Positions 38,762-50,568 of a DNA stretch of 64,000 bases are shown one piece after another. Each line of letters opens with the position of its first letter. The first letter of the stretch is position 1. Position numbers and translations under genes: made by a program. The notes below the pieces were generated by a model. It was not told the DNA's origin. It worked only from the letters and a program-made list of their open reading frames with translations, and ran no database searches. Origin of the DNA: Eledone cirrhosa (Eukaryota); assembly GCA_964016885.1 (NCBI GenBank), contig OZ024762.1, positions 3,286,001 to 3,350,000 of the forward strand, read 5' to 3'.

Positions 38762-39606
38762 CTATTGTATGAATACAAAAACAATAAATAAAATAAAAAT
38801 ACCATGAATCATACCATCCAATATTTGTTTAAAAAAATCTGTTTCATGGCCTGTTTTTTAAAATGTGTTTTCTATCATTGTTCAAATCAATATCATTGTT
38901 GATTTACGTGTGTGTAATGGAGTAGGCCACCAATTGACAGACTTGTTAGAACATCAGATAGAATGTTCTGTAGTATTCGTTTCCTCTCTATGCTCAATGA
39001 GTTAAAATCCTGCCGAGGTTAACTTTGCCTTTCATCCATTCAAGGTCGATAAAAAATAATACCAGTCTAAAACTGGAGTCGATTTTCCTTCTATATCTTT
39101 TTCTCACTTCCTTTCTCTCTACTGCCGTGGTCAAATTTACCTTTCATCCATTTAAGGTTGATAAAAAAAAGTACCAGTCTAGTACTGGGGTCGATTCTTC
39201 TTCTATATCTCTTTCTCACATACTTTCTCTCACTTTCTTTATCCTGCTCTGGAAGAAATCTGCTGTATTCAGACCTGGAGATGTAATGGGCTCTGCCAGG
39301 TTTTAAAATGCCTTAGAAATGACATATGTTAATACGGCGCCTCTACAATTCACTCAGGAGTTACAGGACCATACCATACATACAAATGGGGTGAGTAAAT
39401 TACTATTTACATCCAACTAACTGTAACAATTTTCAATTTGAACTGCCAGTGTTGTGTTGACTAGCTGAAGGGAATAGAATTATCATTTTTTCAATTTTCT
39501 CTCTCTCTCTATATATATATCATCATCACTGTTTTATGTCCGTTCTTCCACGCTAGCATGGGTTAGACTAAAAATGAAAGGCAAAGTTGACCTATATATA
39601 TATATA

Positions 39607-40462
39607 CGAGGTGTGTCAGAAAAATTCCAGGACTGATGTCACAAAAGATTTATTTCAAACCCAAACTTCACACTACGAGTTTTCTCCGTCAAAGTAATCC
39701 CCCTGGAGTATGTAACTGTAATCTTAGCTCTCTGCAGCGATCAAACTTTTTTCTTTCATAATTTTATATACATGTCCTCTGTTTCAGGTCATCAAGCAAT
39801 GAGCACAGAGCAACGAACAAACTTGAAAACTCCGTCAGAAGCACTGGGATTGCTGCAGCAAGTGTATGGAGATGAGACGATGTCACGCTCACGTGTTTTT
39901 GAGTGGTGCAAGAGGTTTAAAGAAGGACGCGAGGACGTGGAAGATGACCCCAGGAGCGGAAGGCCCTCAACAACCAGGACTGAGGTCAACGTTGAGCGCG
40001 TTAGGCAGATGGTGCGTAGCGATCGTCGGCTGACTGTTCGACTGATGGCAAATGAACTGGGTATGAATCGGGACAGCGTCTGGAAGATTCTCACTGAAGA
40101 TTTGGACATGCGGAAAGTCTGCGCGAAGATGGTGCCAAAACTGCTGAACGATGACCAGAAGAGTCGACGCATGCAAGTGTGCCAGGATATCCTCGAGTGT
40201 CTAGAAACTGAACCAGACTTGCTAGGGGCAGTCATCACCGATGATGAGTCATGGATCTTCGAGTACGACCTGGAGGGGACCCGTTTTGAAGACGTGGACG
40301 ACATCAAAAAGGCCGTGACGACGGAACTGTGGAGGATCCCGGAAGAATCCTTCCAGGAGTGCATGCAAGCATAGCAGAAAAGGATGGAAAAGTGCATTAG
40401 ACTCCAGGGGGATTACTTTGAAGGAGAAAACTCTTAGTGTGAAGTTTGGGTTTGAAATAAAA
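39607..40462 (+). mobile_element. Mariner transposon with internally deleted transposase
   Basis: TA-CGAGGTGTGTCAG left end; 39650-39710 is inverted at 40400-40460. The ORF has an HTH, DDPRSGRPST, MVPKLL and ITDDESW, and lacks the middle of the DD34D domain. Confidence 0.9.
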
Positions 40463-40949
40463 TGAATATACCTATACTTTACAAGCGTATTGAGTACTTT
40501 TTTTTGACAGTGGTCGCCTCCACACGTGTGTGTGGACACAAAACCTCTCGATGGCTGGCAACACAATGACATGCACCCAGTACACTCTGTAAAGTGGTTG
40601 GTGTTAGGAAGGGCATCCAATCATAGTAGCTGTGATAGAGGTCCGAATTTAACTATGAAAAACTAAGTGAAATAAAACGTCTTGCTGAAGAGCCCAATGT
40701 ACTGCTCAGTCGAGGAATCGAACCAACGACATTATGATCGTAAGTCTAACATCCTAACCACTAGGCCACGCACCTAGTGCTAGTGCTTCTTTAACAAAAA
40801 TACAATGTTTATTCTTCCTTAACACTGTTAAATATCAAATATACTATTTGTTAATATTAAGATATATTCACCACAGCCAACATTTAGAGCGAAAAAGTAA
40901 TATTGAAGTGTGACAACATTTAATTTGTCTTCGGAAAGAGTGAAGTCGT

Positions 40950-41148
40950 GTGATGGCGGCGGACGTGGAGGGGAGGGAGGGAGGGGTGATAATATTGTCA
41001 CATGACACGGCTCACTTCCGTTTCCGCCGTAGTTGTTGGCAGCTTCGATTGAGAATAATGAAACGTGTTATGTGGAATTTGAAGGACATTTCATATAATA
41101 ATTAAAACTAATTTTCAAATTAGACAGTAATTTATATAAACACGACAG
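40950..41148 (+). promoter_or_regulatory. VPS54: Putative VPS54 promoter and non-coding first exon
   Basis: CpG/GC-enriched patch with YY1-like GATGGCGGC, GGGA repeats, E-box GTCACATGAC and ETS-like CACTTCCG; strong CAG|GTAAGA donor at 41148. Confidence 0.55.
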
Positions 41149-41869
41149 GTAAGATATTTATATCTTACGTTTGTTTTGTAAAAGTCGGCCGACACCGGTA
41201 AATTAAAACATTTTGAGGGGGGGCTGCTTTTTAAGTCCTAACAGCTTAATGGACGTGTGGTAATAATAATAAATAGACTGGTAAACATTTAAGTATTTCG
41301 TACATAAAAGCTGTGACATATTTATAATATTTCTTTGATATTTTTAATACAGATAAGGCTTCATCTAAACTGCCCTCCTCTCACCTCATACGGATCTTTT
41401 TATATTCTATATTGAAGTTATTCAAGTCGTTAGTGAATTATAGTTAGTAGAAAACATTAAAATATTTGTAAGGGAGACACAAAAACACCCACCACACAAA
41501 CCAAACTAAACATACGAATAACTATTACTACAATAGTTAGAATAAGTTTGTTGGTTTCTCTAGCTATTATTGTTTTAAATTCTTATTTTATTATCATATA
41601 ACAAATATATAAGATCAAATGAAGTACATACATATATATATATAATATATATATATACATATATATATATATCATCAGTTAATTATTTCTAGGAACCTTA
41701 TAAATATATAATATCAGACCTGTCAACATTTTAAGAAATAAGTTTTAAACTAATTTCCATCCGATTTATTCATCTTCTTCATTTTTTTTATTTGAAAAAA
41801 ACTTAGGTAAATGTTATCTTCTAATCGTTGAGTTCTTTAGCGAAACGCTTCATTATATATTATAGTTTT

Positions 41870-42450
41870 ATTTCCTGAAAGGACTTGGGGAGGTCTTCTC
41901 CCCCGTTACACCATATCAGTAAATATATATGCGAGAAACTTGCTGTATATGAAGTAACCTAGTATGAGTCCAGATATTATTACAAAAAAGCCCTACAAAA
42001 CCTGATTTGAGTTCATAAAGAACTTGGGGAGGTCTTCTTACCCTGCCACACCATTTAGTAAATATATATCTGAGGAATTTGCTATATATCTGATGTAATA
42101 TCATATTAATCCAGCTATTATTACAAAAATACCCTACATAAGTGTTGGAGGTAACCTAATTTGAGTTCATAAAGGACTTTGGGAGGTTTTCGTCCTCTGA
42201 GAAACTTCCTATATATGATGTAACCTCGTATAAGTCCAGATATTATTACAAAAAATCTACATATGTGTCAGCGTTAACCTGATTTGAGTTCATAAAGGAC
42301 TTGGGGAGGTTTTCCTCCCCCATCGCACCATATCAGTAAATATATATCTGAGAAACTTGCTATATATGAAGTAACCTCGTATAAGTCCAGATATTTCAAA
42401 AGAAAAAGATCCCACATAGATATTAACCGTAACCTGATTTGAGTTCATAC
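41870..42450. repeat. Degenerate tandem repeat of ~110-160 bp (4-5 units)
   Basis: Recurring TGATTTGAGTTCATAAAGGACTTGGGGAGG...GTAACCTCGTATAAGTCCAGATATT. Confidence 0.7.
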
Positions 42451-43216
42451 AATGTGGTGCGGGAATACAATTAAAATCGATATCTTATATCTGACTAACA
42501 ACATTGAAAGGTTTTTCAATTGTCGATGGTCACAAATATATATATACACACATATATATGTGTATATATATATTTGTGTGTGTATGTATATATATATATA
42601 TATGGGTGTGTATGTATATATATATATATATATATATGGGTGTGTATGTATATATATATATGGGTGTGTATGTATATATATATATGGGTGTGTATGTATA
42701 TATATATATATGGGTGTGTATGTATATATATATATATATACTCTTTTACTCTTATACCTGTTTCAGCCATCCGGCTGAGGCCATGCTGGGGAACCATGAT
42801 TATATGTATGATGATTTCCTTCGAATGAAATAGTTCTAGTCCTGTAGAAGCCATTTCTATATTAAATTTGTTGTTTACATTCTACTAATGTATTGAGTAC
42901 CTAGTTACTATGGTTAACCCCGATTGAGCCTGGGACTCACACTCACACGGATCTAGCTGTGGAAACGGTCGTGTGGGTCCTGAATCTTTATATATATATA
43001 TATATATACACACACATATATATATATGCATGTATGTATTTTATATCACCGTTTGTGAAAGTATTTTTATTATCCTATACATGAGGAAGTAAAAGTATAT
43101 TTTTTTCCAGTGTTTTCTTTTATCATATACAAGGAGTCCCCCAAAAATGTATACACATTTTGATTAGAATGCTGTTGAAATGTGTATACATTTTTTGTGA
43201 CACCCTGCATATACAA

Positions 43217-43260
<44 letters not shown>

Positions 43261-43284
43261 CTTTTACAGGACCAGAACTTCATA

Positions 43285-45437
43285 CAAAATAGATAATATC
43301 AAAATCTTGTAGATTTGATATGTGAGATAATTATGTGAACTAAAGTGTTTACCATGAAAGTACAATAGTAAATATAGAGTAATGTAAATGTTATGCGAGG
43401 TAAAGCCTTTACCATGAAAATACAATAGTAAATATAGAGTAATGTAAATGCTAAAGGGTTAAGAGCAACAACAATTATACAGCCCTGAACTAGTTTCTTC
43501 TATTACTGATGTTAAGGTATTGTTCTCAAAATAAATAATATCAAAATCTTGTAGAATCAATATTATGTGAGATAATTATGTGAAATAAAGTGTTTACTGT
43601 GAAAATACTATAATAAATATAGAGTAATGTAAACACTAAAGGGTTGATGAATATTTTTCCATGCTTGCATGGGTTAGACATGTTATAATGTCAGGGTTAG
43701 ACATGTTACAAGTCAGGTCTAGAGAACACATTTTGTTCATACAGATCTGAATTTTGGTTTGATTTCTATGGCTGGATGCACTCCAACCACATTATACCAT
43801 ATATAGTAGACATTACAATACAACGGGAGGAAACATAATAGTACCACTGATGATGTCACAGATGTGTGATGAAAGAACTTTAATAGACTATATATATATA
43901 TTTATATCTATATTTTTAACCGTTGGTCAATCAATGATAAACATTTGATTGCCAGCTAAATTAACTATAGGGGTATAAAATATACAGAAGCGAAAAACAA
44001 TCCAAACCAAACAGTGAGTGTGTTGTCACATTATCAGTCTTTTATTACACATCTCATAATACTTCATATTAACCCTTAGCATTCCCATTACTCTATATTT
44101 ACTATAGTATTTTTGCAGTAAAGTCTTTATCTCACATAATTCATCATCATCATCACTGTTTTATGTCAATCTCTCCAATGCTAGCATGGGTTAGACAGGT
44201 TGTCTTGTGGGCAATGATAGGTCAGGTGACCATGTTTTGCTCATACAGGACTGATTTTGGCTTGGTTTCTACAGCAGGATTCCCTTCTTAACACCAACCT
44301 CATTTACAGTGTGGACTGGGTGCTTTTTGTCGTGACACCTACACGACCACTTTACAGTGGGAACGTGTGGGGGCATATTGTATATATGTTTCAGCTTGTA
44401 CCCGTGGGAACGTGTGGGGGCATATTGTATATATGCTTCAGCTTGTACCCGTGGGAACTCGGGTCTTCTGTATTACTGTGTAATTATCTCACATAATATT
44501 GGAACTATGAGATTTTGATATTATTTATTTTGAGAACAATACCTTAACATCAGTATGAGCAGCTGGTTTGAATAGAAAGAGGTGAGAGAATTCTGGCCGG
44601 ATACGGCCGGTTTAAATGCTAAAGGGTTAAATATATCATTCTTTTAACGTCCATTTTCCCTGCTAACAAGGGTTGGACTACATATATGGTTGTGTAAAAG
44701 GGCATTACAGTTACTCTTATCTTTCTTTAGGTTACCTGGAAGCTGGTGTGTACCTGTGAAATATTAAAGACGTCATCATGAAATATATAAACAACCAAGG
44801 TGAATGGACGACACATGTTGACCTTCAAGATGGAGACTGTCGGCAATAAGATTTAATTTATCTAATCTTAATCCATATACACACACATATATATATGTAG
44901 ATATTGATGTATACATACATACATTGATTTATATATATATATATACATATATATACATTCAAGATATGTATTCACTGCATTTAAGTTATAAATGATGATA
45001 ATTATTGTATAAAATTGTAATTCATATACACCCACATACAGACATATATTCAGTCACACCCACATATATATATATGCACCCACACACACACATGCACATA
45101 TTAGTAAAGGTGTGTGTAAGTTCTAATATGTCATGGCATCGCCCACATTAAATTCTGGCCATCAACGGCCATACTACAGCAATTCGACAGTCCCAACCCA
45201 ATGGAAAATCTGTGTCCTGTGCAACAAAAACCTTGGACAATTCAAATCCCCGAAAGACTTCTGTTATCACCTGCGGACCTTTCACTGTTCTAAGGAAGGA
45301 GGGTCCTATGTCTGTAGGTACGGGGTTAATGAGGTCTGTCCTTCACTGCCCTTAGAAGGGGTCAGTGATAAAGATTATGAAGACCATGTGATCCGCGATC
45401 ACGTCTATGGTGGAAGAGGTAGGTAGATTTTTGTATT

Positions 45438-45476
<39 letters not shown>

Positions 45477-46314
45477 TTGTTTTGCAAGGTTTTTGATATC
45501 AAATCTTGTGTTGAAACAAATATTGTTATATTTGGGGAGGGTCATATTGTTATAATATTGCCAGAAATAATAAAACGCTCACTGTTTGGTTTGGATTGTT
45601 TTTCGCTTCTGTATATTTTATATCCCTATAGTTAATTTAGCTGGCAATCAAATGTTTATCATTGATTGACCAACGGTTAAAAATATAGATATAAATATAT
45701 ATATATAGTCTATCAAAGTTCTTTCATCACACATCTGTGACATCATCAGTGGTACTATTATGTTTCCTCCCGTTGTATTGTAATGTCTACTATATATGGT
45801 ATAATGTGGTTGGAGTGCATCCAGCCATAGAAATCAAACCAAAATTCAGATCTGTATGAACAAAATGTGTTCTCTAGACCTGACTTGTAACATGTCTAAC
45901 CCTGACATTATAACATGTCTAACCCATGCAAGCATGGAAAAATAGACATCAACCCTTTAGTGTTTACATTACTCTATATTTATTATAGTATTTTCACACT
46001 AAACACTTTATTTCACATAATTATCTCACATTATATTGATTCTACAAGTTTTTGATATTATTTATTTTGAGAACAATACCTTAACATCAGTAATAGAAGA
46101 AACTAGTTCAGGGCTGTATAATTGTTGTAGCTCTTAACCCTTTAGCATTTACATTACTCTATATTTACTATTGTATTTTCATGGTAAAGGCTTTACCTCG
46201 CATAACATTTACATTACTCTATATTTACTATTGTATTTTCATGGTAAACACTTTAGTTCACATAATTATCTCACATACTATCAAATCTACAAGATTTTGA
46301 TATTATTTATTTTG
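43285..46314. repeat. ~735 bp inverted repeat (arms 43285-44018 and 45578-46314) flanking the VPS54 start exon
   Basis: The arms are near-identical reverse complements and include non-MITE sequence (43790-44018 vs 45578-45805). Confidence 0.92.
45133..45418 (+). CDS. VPS54: VPS54 coding exon 1 (Cys/His-rich N-terminus)
   Basis: ATG at 45133 and AG|GTAGGT donor, phase 1. Likely acceptor at 44730. Confidence 0.85.
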
Positions 46315-49300
46315 AGAACAATGCCTTAACATCAGTATGAACAGAAAGATGTGAGAAAATTTTGGCCAGATACGGCTGGTTTAAATGCTAAAGGGTTAAA
46401 TGATGATGATGGTATGGTCTTGTAATGTGTATGGATGATAATCATTGGATGAAGAAATGCCAAGAAATCCCAGTAGGAAGTAGCTACAGTAGTAGGTGGC
46501 CAAGGATGACCACAGTCAGGTTGACAAAGGACTGTGATGAGTGGAGAGATGGTGTGCTGGAAAGGACTCGTCCAACCTATAAGGGCATGGAAAAATGGAT
46601 GTAAAATGGTGAGGATGGTGATATATACAGTGTGCGTAATGTATTCGAGGACAGATTTATGTTAATGAAAAACTTATTTAATTAACAGATAACTTAATTA
46701 TCTAAAAATGCTATAGGCATAAAAATAAATAATCTTTTTTTTAATTTTAAAATAAGTACCACGTGTATATATGTATCTCTTCCTCCCCCCCTCTATCACT
46801 CTCTTCTCACCTCTCACTTTCTTCATCTCCCTTCTCTCATTCTCTTCATCTCCCCTATCTCTCTCTCTTTCTATCTCCCTCTCCCCTCTTCTCTTGATTA
46901 TGTATATATTATATATATATTTTTCTCTCTTTAGGCTACGTGCGTGCAAGTGGAATACGCCCAAATTACAAGACTTCTATCGGGGGTGACAATTCACCGC
47001 CACATTTGATGTCCAGTCACAAGGAGCCGTCAATAGTCCAGGACCAGTTCAAATGGACAATATACAATGCTTCTGTCAACCTCCCAGCTGTTTTGAATGA
47101 CCCTAGATTATCTAAAAGGGAGACAGACTTTTTCACGAAAACCTGGGGGGAATCATTTGAGAAAAGAGATATACATCCATCCCCCTATTTACCCGAAGTC
47201 AACAGATCTCATTTTGAAAAATATTTAAGTAAATGTTCAGAGGTAAAAACTGTTGAATTTGTTTATTTTTTATTTTTTTAAAAACCATTTTGTGGTCTAG
47301 TTGTAAGTGTGTTGGACTTAAGAAGGTCATAAGGTTGTGGATTTGATTCCCAGACTGGGTTGTGTGTTGTGATCTTGAGCAAAACACTTCATGTTGCTCC
47401 AGTAAGTATCAGCAATACCTGGGGGTTTGACTCTATGATGAACTGGCGTCCTGTCCATGAGGAAGTCTTGTTTATACTCTCAGCCCTTTAATGCCAAGGA
47501 AACCAGGATAATCATTGGCCTGATGAGCCTTCGTGTTTGAGACAGACTTCTGACTTTTAGACACTAGAATTTTTTTCAACACGCTGACACAAATGTGTAT
47601 ATGTATGTGCGTGTGTGTGCGTGCATATGCATACCTTTATTTGTAGGAGTGTATAAATATAAATGCGCAAACACACACACACAGCGAAGCAAATGGAATG
47701 CCAGCCTCTGTTTTGCTATAGTTTTTTCACCATCCCCTTCCTTCCTTTTACACACACACATTCACACAAACACACACATACACACATTGTGTGACGGACG
47801 GAAGTTGCTCAAATTTATATATAGATTTTGTTACCATATCTCTAATGGAATATACTGTTTATAATTTTCCAAGTCCTTTTGAAAATAAATCAAAGATTTG
47901 GACGTATTTAATAATCCTGTTTAAAGAGATGTTTGAAACTTAGCTTTACAAACATTTCTTACTGAAAAATAATTGAAGGTTTATATTTAACCTCTTCAGT
48001 GCTGTAGATGAGATAACTGATTCTAACATGTATGCATTCCAGTGTCACGAGATAACTCGTCCTAATATGTTTGAACTCTTTTCCAACAGTTCCTAACTTC
48101 AAAGCTAGATGGGGTTACTAGTTTATTGATGTGATATTTGTCAATCATTCAGATATGTGTTGTTAATAAATGTTTGTTAAAGAAAATAGTCATTTTACTG
48201 AAAACAAAACCAACACAGCAACTATGTAAAATATGTGTGGCAGTCAACAGGTTAAATATGAATACTTAAAAACATGGCTTTGTATCATAGAACTAAGTTT
48301 GCTATCAAAAGGGTTAAAGTTTGCCTTTTATATTTTTTTTCAGAAATATAAAACCCATCTTCTCAATTTGGATCAAACTGCCAAACAGCAAGTACCTGAT
48401 GCTATACATTCAAATTCATCTAGATATATTAAACAGATAGGTGAGTTTTTGTTGTTGTTCCTACCTTTTGTCTTATCAGAAAGGTTCCATTTATTTTGCT
48501 AGAGCTGACAAGTTCAAAACCAAAACAAAAATGGACCATAGGAGCAAAACGTGGTAATCTGTTGTTAGTAGATGATAGCACATGCAAGCATTAAACATTA
48601 AATGACAGCTTAACTCTTTAGCATTTAAACCGGCCATATCTGGCCAGAATTCTCTCACCTCTTTCTGTTCAAACCTTGTAGAGTCAATATTATGTGAGAT
48701 AATTATGTGAACTAAAGCCTTTACCATGAAAATACAATAGTAAATATAGAGTAATGTAAATGTTATGTGAGGTAAAGCCTTTACCATGAAAATACAATAG
48801 TAAATATAGAGTAATGTAAATGTTATGTGAGGTAAAGCCTTTACCATGAAAATACAATAGTAAATATAGAGTAATGTAAATGTTATGTGAGGTAAAGCTT
48901 TTACCATGAAAATACAATAGTAAATATAGAGTAATGTAAATGCTAAAGGGTTAAGAGCAACAAAAATGATACAGCTCTGAACTAGTTTCTTCTATTAACC
49001 TTTTGAAGAAAGGATTTTATCCTGAAATATAAAAGTACCTATAAAGAACTGCAAAGTAACAACCCAACATCATTGTTATCATATTTTTAACCCTTTTCTG
49101 CCCATTTCACATTGTGGAAACCTTCAAACAAAACCATGTTTTATAAAATGATAAATGTTTTAAAAACTTAATCGTTGTTTTTTTCTATTTGAATTTGTAG
49201 AAAAAAATCGCGCTGCATTGGACCAAGTACCTAAGGTGAGTCTGACCCCTTTTCTTGTTATGGCTGATCTTCAGGGAACGGCTGAGTTACAGCTAACCCC

Positions 49301-50524
49301 AAGGAAGGATTGGGTTATAGATGATCCCAGGGAAGGGCTGTTATGGCTGACCTCAGGGAAGGATTGGATTATAGATGATCCCAGGGAAGGGCTGTTATGG
49401 CTGACCTCAGGGAAGAGCTGAGTTATAGTTGACCCCAGGGAAGGATTGGGTTATAGATGATCCCAGAGAAAGGCTGTTATGGCTGACCTCAGGGAAGGAT
49501 TGGATTATAGATGATCCCAGGGAAGGGCTGTTATGGCTGACCTCAGGGAAGAGCTGAGTTATAGTTGACCCCAGGGAAGGATTGGGTTATAGATGATCCC
49601 AGAGAAAGGCTGTTATGGCTGACCTCAGGGAAGGATTGGATTATAGATGATCCCAGGGAAGGGCTGTTATGGCTGACCTCAGGGAAGAGCTGAGTTATAG
49701 TTGACCCCAGGGAAGGATTGGGTTATAGATGATCCCAGGGAAGGGCTGTTATGGCTGACCTCAGGGAAGGATTGGATTATAGATGATCCCAGGGAAGGGC
49801 TGTTATGGCTGACCTCAGGGAAGAGCTGAGTTATAGTTGACCCCAGGGAAGGATTGGGTTATAGATGATCCCAGAGAAAGGCTGTTATGGCTGACCTCAG
49901 GGAAGGGCTGAGTTAGAGCTGACCCCAGGGAAGAGCTGAATTACAGATGGCTCTAGGGAAGGACTGAATTACAGCTGATGCCAGGGAAGGGCTGAATTAC
50001 AGCTGACGCCAGGGAAGGCCTGAGTTACAGCTGACCCCAGGGAATGGCTGAGTTACAGATGACCCCATGGAAGGGCTGAGTTATGGCTGATCCCCAGGAA
50101 GAGCTGAGTTACCTCAGTGAAGGGCTAAGTTACTGATGACCACAGGGAAGGGCTGTTTTAGTTGACCCTAAGGAAGGGCTGACCTTATAACTTGAACAGT
50201 GAGCTACACAATCTAAGTCCCTGACACCAAGGAAGGGCTCATAACTAGAACACTAGACTACTTAATCTAAATTGTTTCATGTTATGGTTGATCCCGTTGT
50301 TTGGCTCTTGCTGGTTATGTTTCCTGCCATGACATACCTGCAGAGAAACTGATTCTCTGGTCACTAGAAAGGATTGAGTAGAACGTCCAAACATACCCAC
50401 CAGGTCTCTGGTGGTGAGGGACCCTGGCCTCACTCAACAGGATCTTCTTGCTGCAAGGAGAGATCGAGAAGTCTGGAACAAGAACTTTGTGTATGCTTCA
50501 CCTTCGATGGAGGGATGATTGAAC

Positions 50525-50568
<44 letters not shown>

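Noticed and set aside
39792-40397. 201 aa minus-strand ORF
   Set aside because: Antisense shadow of the mariner transposase.
42452-42854. 100+ aa ORFs rich in YI/CV/HT
   Set aside because: Translations of (TA)n/(TG)n microsatellites; the same applies to ORFs at 8260-8656, 12258-12664, 37960-38204 and 57217-57557.
48491-48917. Repeat-protein ORFs (MVKALPHITF...; also GAFFCDTY... at 28409-28708)
   Set aside because: Products of 60 bp and 48 bp tandem TE sub-repeats whose lengths are multiples of 3.
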